From positions 5,440,001 to 5,504,000 of the forward strand of contig OY970194.1 of NCBI GenBank assembly GCA_963708075.1: a stretch of DNA of 64,000 nt. Reading direction: 5' to 3'. The position numbers and the translations under genes were made by a program. The DNA comes from Sedimentisphaerales bacterium. GTDB taxonomy: Bacteria > Planctomycetota > Phycisphaerae > Sedimentisphaerales > Anaerobacaceae. Of the stretch, positions 9,932 to 19,665 are shown one piece after another. Position 1 is the stretch's first letter, and each line of letters starts with the position of its first letter. The notes beneath the pieces are model-generated. The model made no database searches. It worked only from the letters and a program-made list of their open reading frames with translations, and was not told the origin of the DNA.

Positions 9932-12672
9932 TCACAGCAGGTTGCCGTCGGCGTCGACGTAGCGGATTTCGCCCATGCCCAAAGCTCTGATGGACTCCTC
10001 GATCTTCGCCTTGTCGCCAACGATTACCCAGACGAGCGAGCCCGGCTTGATCACGCGTTTGGCGGCGTCCTGGACAGCATCCACTTTCATGCCCTGGATT
10101 TTCGCGGGGTACTCCTGGTAGTAGGTGTCCGGCAAGCCGTATTGCACGATCTGCTCGACCGATCCGGCGACCTGGCCGATGGTCTCCCAGGAGCCGGGCA
10201 GACCAAGCACGACATTGGACTGCGTTTTGGTGAATTCCTCCGGCGTGGGCGGCTTGTCACCGGCGATCGCTTGCAGCTCGTTCCGGATCTCCCGCATGGA
10301 GTCCGCCGTCTTGTCGCCTTGGACGGAGCTGAGCACGATGTACATCCGCTGTCCCTTGGCGTCCACGATGAGGCTCGTGGCGCCGTACGACCAGTGCTTG
10401 CCCTCGCGCAGGTTCATGTTCACGCGCGACGTGAAGTCGCCGCCGAGGATGTTGTTCATCAGTTGGATGGGCTCTTCATAGGGGTTGCGCGCGGCAGGGT
10501 GAGGAAGCCGGCGAAGATGATGGACTGCTGCGAGCCCGGCCGGTCCACGATGTAGACCTCCGGCTTCGGCTTATCCGCCACCTCCGCAAGGTTCTTCGCG
10601 GGGACCTCGCCCCTCGTCCAGTTCTTGAACAGTCTCTCCAGCCGGGGCTTGATTTCCGCCAATGTAATGTCGCCCGTAATGACCAGCGTCGCGTTGTTAG
10701 GCTTGAACCATATCTTGTGGAAATTCGCCAGTTGTTCCCGCGTCATCGCGGACACAGTTTTCTCAGTGCCCGAGCCCGTCAGGGGACAGCCGTAAGCGTG
10801 GTCACGGCCGTACAACAGCCCGGGAAATACGCGCAACGCCATCGCCACCGGCATCACCTTCTCCCGCTGAATCCGCGCCAACGTTTGCTGCTGGAGCCGC
10901 TTGAACTCCTGCTCCGGGAACGACGGATTCAGCACGACGTCCGCAAGCAGCTCCAGCGAGGGGTCCAGCTTCTCCTTCAGCGTGTTCAGGTTGATGATGC
11001 AGACATCGAGTTGGGCGCCCGTGTCCAGCGAGGAGCCGAGCATTTGGAGCTGCTCGCTGATCTGCAGCGAGGTCCGCGTTTTGGTGCCCTCATCGAGCAT
11101 ATCCATGGCCAGGCTTGCAGCGCCCGCGGCGGCAGAACTGTCGGCGGCGTAACCGGCATCCACCAGCAGGCGAAGATCGACGACCGGGACGCTGTGCCGC
11201 TGGGCCAGGACCAGTTTCAGGCCGTTCGACAGCTCAGCGCGTTCGATATCCGGAAACTGCGCCTGCGGCGGGGTCCCCGGTGACGGCAGCTTCGAGCGGT
11301 CAACGTTTGAAGCCGTGGCGCTCGTCGGCGGGTATGGTGTGATGCTCAGAACATAGTCGCCGTCGCCGAGCCACTTGACGGCCGTGTTCTTCAGATCGGC
11401 GGCGGTCGCCTTCTGTATCCGGTCAAGGGTGGTCTTGTAGTAGTCAGGCGAGCCGCCATAAACCATATTGGTCGCGAGGATATCCGATTTGCCGCCGAAG
11501 CCGCCGATACGCTCGATGCCTCGGATGAACGAGGCCCGGTATTGGTTCTTGATCCTCGTCAGCTCCGCGGCGGTCGGGCCGCCGGTGAGGAACTTCTGCA
11601 GCTCTTCATCCACAGCTTTTTCCACGCGGCTCAGCTCGACGCCGGGTTTGGCCGTGGCGGTGATCTCGAACAGCCCCGCGATCTCATAGAGCCCGGCGTC
11701 CGCGCTGACATCCGTGGCGATCTGGTCTTCATAGACCAGCCGCTTGTAGAGGCGCGAGTTCTTGCCGGAGGCCAGCACATCGGCGACGAGGCTCAGGTAA
11801 TCACCCTCCGCGGAGCCCCACTGCGGGATATTCCAAACCCGGTAGATGCGGGCCTGGGGCACGCGGTCCTGCGCCGTCTGGCGATGGGTGCCGGTGCGCT
11901 TGGCGATCCACACTTGGTGCTCGGAGGTCGGCGGCCCGGCGGGGATGTCGCCGAAGTATTGCTTCACCTTGTCCAGCGCCGCCTGGGCGGTGATGTCGCC
12001 GGCCACCGCCAGCACAGCATTATTAGGACCGTAATGGGTCTTAAACCATTCCTTTACGTCCGGCAGCGAGGCGTTGTTCAGGTCCTCCATGGAGCCGATC
12101 ACCGTCCAGGAATAGGGATGGCCTTTGGGAAAGCACGCCGTCTGGATCATCTCGTCCGAGATGGCGTAGGGCTGGTTCTCCTTCTGGCGTTTCTCGTTCT
12201 GGACGACCCCGCGCTGCTCGTCGAGTTTCTCCTGCTTGATCGCCCCAAGCAAGTGCCCCATCCGGTCCGACTCCAGCCACATCGCGATGTCCAGCGCGGA
12301 GGTTGGCACGTTCTGGAAGTAGTTCGTGCGGTCGTACGCTGTAGTGCCGTTAAGGTCGGTGGCGCCGATCCGCTCCATTGCCTGGAAGTAATCGTCGTCG
12401 TAATTCTCCGAACCGTTGAACATCAGGTGCTCGAAAAGATGGGCGAACCCGGTCTTGCCCGGCTTCTCGTTCTTCGAGCCGACGTGATACCAGATATTGA
12501 CGGCAACGATCGGCGCCTTGTGGTCTTCGTGCACCAGCAGCGTCAGGCCGTTGTCGAGCACGAATTTCTCGTAGGGAATGTCGATTTCGGCTGCCCTTGC
12601 GGCCAGTGCCGACGCCATCGACAGGACCACCACGCACGCAAGGAGCCTCGCAACGGATTGTCGTGTATGCAT
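9932..12672 (-). CDS. M16 (pitrilysin/insulinase) zinc peptidase, frameshifted near 10485
   Basis: Signal peptide; HLFEH inverted zinc motif; RTNYF. ORFs 10459-12780 and 9932-10459 join if one base is restored (LPRA-NPYEEPIQLMNNILGG). Confidence 0.85.
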
Positions 12673-13393
12673 ACGCTTCTCCAAACCCAAATACCCCGTA
12701 CTCCGGACGGGGTTTTCCAGACTCCGCTTGGGACTCATGCGTCCCAAGCTCGCGCGGCCGGCCCCAAAGCCGGTCGCCACGTATCTTAGCCCAACGTATC
12801 CTATAAATGCAACCCCTTATTTGAGCTAAGTTTACATCGCACGCACAGCACACATGCCGGCTGGAGGGTGGCAGCAGCAGGCGCAGCCCCCCTCCTGAGC
12901 TTGTCGCAGGATTGCCGATGGTCGTTCTTACATACGCTACGGCTGCCCGGATATTTCGTCACGCACCCGGAATTTGCGAACCGGTGACACGCAGGCTCAG
13001 TATATCCAAACGGCCGAAGGCTGAAGAGTCACGGCCAGTGTCACCGGCAGTTCATTGAAAGGGAAACTCGACGTGAATGACCATGACGAACGCGGGCTGC
13101 TGGGCCTTGACTTCCACCCTGGATTCGCCAAACCCGGCAGCCCCGCCTCTGGCCGCGGGGACACATATTGATCAAAGGGACAGGACAAGACCATGAGGGC
13201 GAGGCCCATGTACGGGCGACCTCGGCTCTGGGACCTTATGGCGCCGTCCTCAAGAGGGTCCACCTGTCCGACAATCGATGATGCACGAGCGTAACGTCAG
13301 ATCAACACTCGTTGCACGCGAAGGCTGCGACTTCGCTCGCAGCCTTCTTCTATTGATAGGGTGCCATGCAGACCTTCGCCACCTGTCCCGGCT

Positions 13394-13487
13394 GGGTGGC
13401 AGCGGCAAGCGCCGGCTTGCCCATGGCGTCTGTGTATGGCCCGAAACCATCGGCAAGCTCCGCAGACTCCGCTTGCCGCTGCCACCC
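13394..13487. repeat. Palindromic repeat family A (94 bp, 18-bp terminal IR GGGTGGCAGCGGCAAGCG)
   Basis: Perfect terminal IR; same-length copy at 57161-57254, variant at 15939-16019, partial copies at 12866-12921, 44712-44738 and 47254-47285. Confidence 0.85.
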
Positions 13488-13645
13488 GAACTTGATGCTT
13501 GCTTGGCCTTTATTCTGTCGTGCATCTGCGGGCTTTTCGCGCGCGGATTTTTCTACAGTCATGACCCCGGCGTGGACGATGGTAGTCAGGCACAACACCG
13601 TCGTGTCGATGCCAGAGAAATGAACATCGCATGGGGGTTAGAAAG

Positions 13646-14464
13646 ATGTTGTCCCGAACGTTTGCCGCAGCGCTCCTGCCTGCTGTGGTTTCGGTCTTTT
13701 TGCTCATCGCCGGTTGCGGCACACTGGAGAACGGCAGGGGGTGGGGGCAGGATGCTCCTTGGCCGATAGACGGGCAGCGGGTCGCTCAAGCTGCATACGA
13801 TGCGTTCTTGAGTCCCGGCACCCTCGTACCGCTGACCGGGGCGCTGGCCATCAGGATCGATAACGTCGATCAGCGGCTCTCCGATTGGGCGGTGGATCAC
13901 ACCCCGGTTTTCGGGTCCCCGTCTCACGCCGGCATCATGAGCGATTACCTGCGCGATGCGCTGATCCTGGAGGCGATCGGCCTGCCCCTGGTGACTCCGA
14001 GCGGCGACACCCTGGAAGAATGGGCGCCGGCGAAATTGCAGGGCTATGCAGTGGAACTCGGCGCGATCGGTGCGACGGGCGCCGCGACGGAAGCGCTCAA
14101 AATCGGGATGCACCGGCATCGCCCGGACGGAGCCGATGACATGAGCTTCCCATCGGGCCATACCTCTGCGGCATTCTCCTGTGCGACTCTGGCCAACCGC
14201 AATCTTGAATCCATCGATGCCTTGGAAGATGTCCGGCCCGCGCTCGAGGTCGCCAATACGGTCCTGGCGGCCGGCGTCGGCTGGGCCCGCGTGGAGGCGG
14301 GAAAGCATTATCCCTCGGACGTGCTCTTCGGCGCCGCCCTCGGACACTTCCTCACCGCCTTCATCCACGATGCCTTCATGAACCTGCCCACAGACAGTAA
14401 GATTGATTTCGACTTCTTCCCCGTCGAGAACGGGGCCGGCATCGAGCTGGCCTTCCGCTTCTGA
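13646..14464 (+). CDS. PAP2 family phosphatase, predicted lipoprotein
   Basis: LIAGC lipobox; K..MHRHRP, SFPSGH, RVEAGKHYPSD motifs. Confidence 0.85.
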   Translation: MLSRTFAAALLPAVVSVFLLIAGCGTLENGRGWGQDAPWPIDGQRVAQAAYDAFLSPGTLVPLTGALAIRIDNVDQRLSDWAVDHTPVFGSPSHAGIMSDYLRDALILEAIGLPLVTPSGDTLEEWAPAKLQGYAVELGAIGATGAATEALKIGMHRHRPDGADDMSFPSGHTSAAFSCATLANRNLESIDALEDVRPALEVANTVLAAGVGWARVEAGKHYPSDVLFGAALGHFLTAFIHDAFMNLPTDSKIDFDFFPVENGAGIELAFRF

Positions 14465-14606
14465 TCCAGCCTCCGCTGCAACTCGCTCAGTGACCACGCG
14501 CCACCAGCCCTCGCCGCAGAATCTTCTCATCGCCCGGTCTTCGACGGGAGCCGGAGGCCATGTCTTTCCCACGCAGAACCTTGAGCCCCGATACCGCGCT
14601 CGGCCA

Positions 14607-14678
14607 TGTCATTCCCACGCAGGTGGGAATCCACGTGCGCCGCGGCGTTCCTGGACCCCTGCTTTCGCAGGGGTGACA
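14607..14678. repeat. REP-like palindromic doublet (family E, GTCATTCCC..GGGAATCC)
   Basis: Two hairpins bounded by TGTCA..TGACA; related partial copies at about 62515-62570 and 60585-60613. Confidence 0.7.
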
Positions 14679-14907
14679 ACAGAGAGACCCACAACCGCCA
14701 TTCTGTTAGAGGCTCTGAGGCAGGAGGGGAGGTCTTATGCTCCTACCTTCTTACGTTCTCACCTTCTTCGCATCTCTGCGTCCCTGCGTCTCTGCACGAG
14801 ATGATTCTTCCGTTGGCTGGGGCGGCGGTACAGGGTTTTCCTGGTTGGGAAATCTGGTATGCTGGCGGAGAATACGATGGATTGTGTACGGTAAGGGGAT
14901 TTGACTT

Positions 14908-15894
14908 ATGGCGCGACTTCGGCTCAGGACGGCAGAGGGTGTGCGGCTGGCGGGCATGTTGGGGGTGGCGATTCTGTTGTGCGGGTCGTGCGTGCCCGGC
15001 GGGTCGAACAAGGACTATGCGGGGCCTGAGGAACGGTCCTGTGCGCTACTGGCCTACTACAGCTATCCGCAGCGGGCCATGGAGCCCGTGATTCAGGTAA
15101 AGAAGCAGAAGAAGGGCTACGACATCCTGCGGATTACATTTGCCTCGATCATCAACGTGTTCGGGAACGAGAACATCCGCGTGGACTACTACGTCGGCAA
15201 GGGGCCGGGACGGCGGCCGACGGTGCTCATGCTGCCGATCTCGGGCGGCGTGGACATCTCCGTCACGAGCTTCGCGGACTACTTCACGCCGCGGGGCATC
15301 AACTGCGCCATCGTGTACAATCGCGAGGTGGAGATCGAGGACACGAACAGCGCCGAGCAGGTCGAGGCGTACTTCCGTCAGACCGTGCTCGACAATCGGC
15401 AAGTGCTCGATTACCTGGTCACCCGGCCCGACGTCGATCCCAATCGGCTCGGCTGCATGGGCCTGAGCCTCGGCGGCATCAAGGCCAGCCTCCTGGCGGG
15501 CGTCGATAAACGGGTCAAGTGCGCCGTGCTCGGGCTGGCCGGCGGGAGCATGGCCGACATCGCGATGAACTCCAAAGAGAAGCGGCTTGAGGACTACGTC
15601 AAGTACCTGCAGAAAATCGGGGCTCCCGCGGAGATGATTCACTCGGAGCTGCAAGAGAAGGTCCGGACCGATCCGCTGCAACTGGGGCCGTACGTGGACG
15701 CGCGGGACACCTTGATGTTCGTCGCCGCCTTCGATCAGGTGGTGCCCACCTGGACGGGCAACCAACTGCGCCAGACCATCGGCGGGCCAAAGACGGTCTA
15801 TCTGCTCGCGGGCCACTACACGTCGTTTCTCTTTCTGCCCTATGCGCATCGGGAATCACTGTCCTTCGTCAAGAAGAAATTCAGCATGGAGTGA
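14908..15894 (+). CDS. Alpha/beta hydrolase, probable lipoprotein
   Basis: GLSLGG nucleophile elbow, FDQVVP Asp, AGHY His; hydrophobic N-terminus ending in Cys. Confidence 0.8.
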   Translation: MARLRLRTAEGVRLAGMLGVAILLCGSCVPGGSNKDYAGPEERSCALLAYYSYPQRAMEPVIQVKKQKKGYDILRITFASIINVFGNENIRVDYYVGKGPGRRPTVLMLPISGGVDISVTSFADYFTPRGINCAIVYNREVEIEDTNSAEQVEAYFRQTVLDNRQVLDYLVTRPDVDPNRLGCMGLSLGGIKASLLAGVDKRVKCAVLGLAGGSMADIAMNSKEKRLEDYVKYLQKIGAPAEMIHSELQEKVRTDPLQLGPYVDARDTLMFVAAFDQVVPTWTGNQLRQTIGGPKTVYLLAGHYTSFLFLPYAHRESLSFVKKKFSME

Positions 15895-15938
15895 CCGGCG
15901 TGCACGATACGATTGTGGCAGAGCAGACACGAAGTTCC

Positions 15939-16019
15939 GGGTGGCGGCGGCAAGCGCCGGCTTGCCGATGGTTTGTCCATCCGCCATCGGCAAAGCCTTC
16001 GGCCTTGCCAGTGCCACCC
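15939..16019. repeat. Family A palindromic repeat, variant
   Basis: GGGTGGCGGCGGCAAGCG...CTTGCCAGTGCCACCC with inner CCGATGG/CCATCGG stem. Confidence 0.75.
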
Positions 16020-16089
16020 GGATGATGCCAACAGACATGGCCTGCAAGGCTTGGCGATAGCCGGCGAGAGTCGAAGAGGAGAATGTGTG

Positions 16090-17271
16090 ATGTTCAATCG
16101 GGTGCTCATTCTGACGGTCGATATCGGCGGCGGGCATACGCGGGCGGCCCGGGCGCTGGAGGCCGCCTTTGGCCGGCTCGGCGCCGCGCGCGAAGTCCGC
16201 GTCGTCGATACGCTCGAGTACATCAACAAGCTCTTCCGCAAGCTCTTTCTAAAGGCGTACTTCGACATAATCAAGAGCGCGCCGGAGCTCTACGGCTGGT
16301 TCTATGAGCACTTCAACAAGCCGTGGCAGAACCAGCGCCTGCGCAACATCTTCGACAAGCTCAACACCCGGTCCATCCTCAAACTGCTGGAGCAGACGCG
16401 GCCGGACTTGATCATCTGCACCCACGTGCTGCCCGCCGGAATCATTTCGTGGCTGACGGAGAAGCAACGTGTCGCCATGCCGCAGGTCATCGTCACTACC
16501 GACTTCGACGTGCACTCCATGTGGCTGGTGGAGCACTGCGAGCACTACTTCGTTGCCATCGACGAGACGAAGCTGCACCTGGAGGCGATTGGCGTACCGG
16601 CGAGCAAAGTCACGGCTACCGGCATTCCCATCGACCCGGTCTTCGCCGAGGATCAGGACAAGGCGGAGGCACGAAGGGAACTTGGTCTTGACCCGGACCT
16701 CACGACGATCCTGGTCACAGGGGGCAGCCTGGGCTTAGGCCCCATCGAGCAGCTCGTCCAATCGTTGCAGAACCTGAAGGTCCCCGTGCAGATCGTTGTC
16801 ATCTGCGGCTATAATGAGTCGCTAACGACTGGCCTGGAAAAGGTCGTCTGCGCCGGTTCGCCGGCCGGCCGGGTGAAGACAGCCTGCATTGGCTGGACCG
16901 ATCGCATGCACATATACATGTCTGCCGCGGACCTCATCGTCGGCAAGACCGGCGGCCTGACCACATCCGAGGCTTTGGCCAAGGGCCTGCCCTTTCTGGT
17001 GGTCAACCCTATCCAGGGTCAGGAGCAGCGAAACGCCGACCATCTGCTCGAAGAATGTGCGGCGATCCGGTGCAACAGCTTTCCCGTCCTGGCCTATAAG
17101 GTGGAGCAACTGCTGGCCGACAAGGATCGCCTGGCCCGCATGCGGGCAAACGCCCGGCGTTTGGCCCGGCCCCACGCCGCGTTGGATACCGTCCGCAAGC
17201 TCCTGGCGATCCAGGCCGACCGACTTGCCCTCGCGCCGTCTCCAGCGGGAGCAGCGCCGGAGCCGGTCTGA
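16090..17271 (+). CDS. MGDG synthase/UgtP-like glycosyltransferase (GT28)
   Basis: GGGH, CTH, TTDFDVH, GKTGGLTTSEAL and GQEQRN motifs. Confidence 0.88.
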   Translation: MFNRVLILTVDIGGGHTRAARALEAAFGRLGAAREVRVVDTLEYINKLFRKLFLKAYFDIIKSAPELYGWFYEHFNKPWQNQRLRNIFDKLNTRSILKLLEQTRPDLIICTHVLPAGIISWLTEKQRVAMPQVIVTTDFDVHSMWLVEHCEHYFVAIDETKLHLEAIGVPASKVTATGIPIDPVFAEDQDKAEARRELGLDPDLTTILVTGGSLGLGPIEQLVQSLQNLKVPVQIVVICGYNESLTTGLEKVVCAGSPAGRVKTACIGWTDRMHIYMSAADLIVGKTGGLTTSEALAKGLPFLVVNPIQGQEQRNADHLLEECAAIRCNSFPVLAYKVEQLLADKDRLARMRANARRLARPHAALDTVRKLLAIQADRLALAPSPAGAAPEPV

Positions 17272-17400
17272 GGCGCGCTGTCAGGGACCAACACAAATGA
17301 TGGCTTGCATTGCCGCCCTACCCGACCGATAATGGCGGCGTACGAGAGTAGCCGCGTGGATGCGGCTGCAATGAGTCCTGATGCTTAGGGGGGAAGACAT

Positions 17401-18240
17401 ATGTACGAATTCCTGCTGCGAACTGAAACGCTCTTGATCGGCCTGCGACCGCCGGTGTTGCTGGGCGTTGGGGCCGTCGCCCTTGCGATCGGTCTGGTCT
17501 TCTGGCTTGCGGGCACGCGGTATAGCACCGCCATTATGGCCTTGTTCGGCGCCGTTATTGGCGCCGCCATCGGCTTGATGGCCGGCAATCGCTTTGACGT
17601 ACACCCGTGGCTGAGCATCCTGATCGGGGCCGTGGTGGTGGCCGTGCTGGCCATCCTGCTCAAGAAAGTCCTGGTTCTCGTTCTGGCGGTGCTGATTCTC
17701 TCGGCCGTCAGCGGCGTCGGGTACGTCTCCGTGGTCCTCGATTACACCGCGCCTCCGCCTCCATCCGACACCGAGACGGAGCAGATCACGGTTTATCACC
17801 CCTTCCTGCAAATGGCGCCGGAAGCCCGCATGGAGTACGTCGACCGGATCAGCAATGAGTCGCCGACCTTCCTGGACCGGCTCAAAGCCCTGTTCGCCGA
17901 CACCTGGGCCGCCATCAAGCCGCATACAACGCCGGCTCTTATCGCCATCGTCGTTGGCGCGGTCGTGGCCCTGGTGCTCGTCTGGCTCATCGCGAAAATC
18001 ATCATCCCTTTGGCGTACAGCATCATCGGGGTGGCGGCCATCTTCATCGGCCTGCAGGCGGCCCTGCTGTCCGTCAATGTTCGCGCCACCTCCGACCTGA
18101 ACCCGCGTCCGTGGCTTTTGCCTGTCATCTTCCTCGTTCTGGTCGTCATCGGCTGGATGTGGCAGCTCTTCTTCTACCGCCCGGTAAGAGTTGTGCACGA
18201 GGAGCCCGAAGAGGTGCACGAGGTATCCCACAGGCGATAA
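17401..18240 (+). CDS. Multi-pass membrane protein of unknown function
   Basis: About 7 hydrophobic segments; GGGGGAAG upstream of ATG. Confidence 0.7.
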   Translation: MYEFLLRTETLLIGLRPPVLLGVGAVALAIGLVFWLAGTRYSTAIMALFGAVIGAAIGLMAGNRFDVHPWLSILIGAVVVAVLAILLKKVLVLVLAVLILSAVSGVGYVSVVLDYTAPPPPSDTETEQITVYHPFLQMAPEARMEYVDRISNESPTFLDRLKALFADTWAAIKPHTTPALIAIVVGAVVALVLVWLIAKIIIPLAYSIIGVAAIFIGLQAALLSVNVRATSDLNPRPWLLPVIFLVLVVIGWMWQLFFYRPVRVVHEEPEEVHEVSHRR

Positions 18241-18458
18241 GGGGTGCACGAAAGAAAAGTGCCAATGGAAGTGGGTGGCAGCGTCATGCCTGCCCCATCG
18301 CAACTTCATCCTGCGCCCATGCGAACGACATACGTCTAATTCTCTTGATCGTTTCCACGGGGAAAGTACAATGATTTGGGAGCGGGCGAAAGGGGACCGG
18401 GTGGTGGAGATCGATTGCAGGTTCGACGGGTTTGTTCACGTGGGGGCACGTACCGCAG

Positions 18459-19532
18459 ATGATCAGAAATCTCGAATCCAACGCTTCGGATTGCGATTTG
18501 GCCGACGCGCTGCAGAAAATCAAGGGCAGCTTGCATGGCAAAATGGCCCATGCGAACCTATTCCTTCTGCCGAAGGACGGGGCCGGCCCGGCGTCCACAT
18601 CCATCGCGGCATTCCTTTATGAGAGCCTTCGGCGCGAGTTCTCCGTGTCCATTTTTGGGGCGAGCCTGCCTGGGCACAACGGTAATGACAGCCCGACAGG
18701 GTATCTCTGCATCGCTATCGACTGCTCACAGCCGGAGAGGGTAAGGGATACCATCAAGAAGCGATTGTGGCTCACGCGGGGCGAATCCGTCGCGGGGACG
18801 ACGTTGAACGATATCCTTTGCGGCCGACACGAGAAGCCAGTCCGAGAATTCCGCCTGGAAGAATACGGCCTCTTCGTCCCCTGCAGAACGAGGAAATTCG
18901 CGGACATCCGGACGCATTCCTTCGCTCACAGTCCGGCCTACTACCGCTACCGGCTCGCCCTGGCTCGCACGGAACATCTGCCCGGGCCCATGGCCGACTT
19001 TCTGCACGCCCTGTTCGCCGACTGTCCGAATCATCTGTTCGGCCAGACGATGTGCCGGGCGTCGCGCATAGCCCGCAGCGGGCTCGACGTCGAGATTGCC
19101 CTGACGAGACTGAAGGACCACGCCATCATCGCCCTGGCCGATAAAAGCCGCAGGTTCGACGAGGTCAGCAGCCGCCACGAGAATCTCCAGAAGTTCTTCC
19201 TCGATCCCAATCCGAACACGATTGCCTGCGAAGTGCCCGTCTGGGCGGAGGCGTGGGAGTTCGAGGACTATCCCCGGCTGCTGGGGACCCGCGATACCCT
19301 CACCGGCCACATCGACGTCCTGCGCCATGAAGATGACGGCCTGCTCGGCGTCTGGGACTACAAGCCCCGCGCTGCTGCCGAGCGCAAGGCCCACATCCAA
19401 GTCTTCCTCTACGCTCTGATGCTGGCCCTGCGAACGGGTCTGCCCATGAGCGCCTTCCTCTGCGGCTACTTCGACGAGAAAGACGCCTACATCTTCCACC
19501 CATCCCAGGTCAGAGTCGTTCATGAGCCCTGA
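18459..19532 (+). CDS. PD-(D/E)XK nuclease family protein (RecB/Cas4-like C-terminal domain)
   Basis: CEVPVW..LTGHIDVL..VWDYKP..QVFLYAL motif order; start uncertain (18432 or 18459). Confidence 0.75.
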   Translation: MIRNLESNASDCDLADALQKIKGSLHGKMAHANLFLLPKDGAGPASTSIAAFLYESLRREFSVSIFGASLPGHNGNDSPTGYLCIAIDCSQPERVRDTIKKRLWLTRGESVAGTTLNDILCGRHEKPVREFRLEEYGLFVPCRTRKFADIRTHSFAHSPAYYRYRLALARTEHLPGPMADFLHALFADCPNHLFGQTMCRASRIARSGLDVEIALTRLKDHAIIALADKSRRFDEVSSRHENLQKFFLDPNPNTIACEVPVWAEAWEFEDYPRLLGTRDTLTGHIDVLRHEDDGLLGVWDYKPRAAAERKAHIQVFLYALMLALRTGLPMSAFLCGYFDEKDAYIFHPSQVRVVHEP

Positions 19533-19557
19533 TAACGCGGAATTCGTGCGCCGAGCT

Positions 19558-19649
19558 TGTCATCCTGAGCGCAGCGAAGGATCTGGGCTGCGAACGGGAG
19601 AGACCTCCTATTCGATGGCCAGATCCTTCGACTTCGCCTCAGGATGACA
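19558..19649. repeat. Palindromic repeat family D (TGTCATCCTGAG..CTCAGGATGACA)
   Basis: 12-bp outer IR plus inner CGAAGGATCTGG/CCAGATCCTTCG; lies between convergent genes; partial copy at about 44409-44470. Confidence 0.8.
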
Positions 19650-19665
19650 GAGAATTTGCGCGTCC

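Noticed and set aside
12997..13769. Several short ORFs between the peptidase and PAP2 genes
   Set aside because: No motifs or clear RBS; partly built from family A repeat sequence.
15913..16089. N-terminal extension of the glycosyltransferase ORF
   Set aside because: Read-through of a family A repeat; ATG at 16090 has an upstream GAGGAG and fits the family start.
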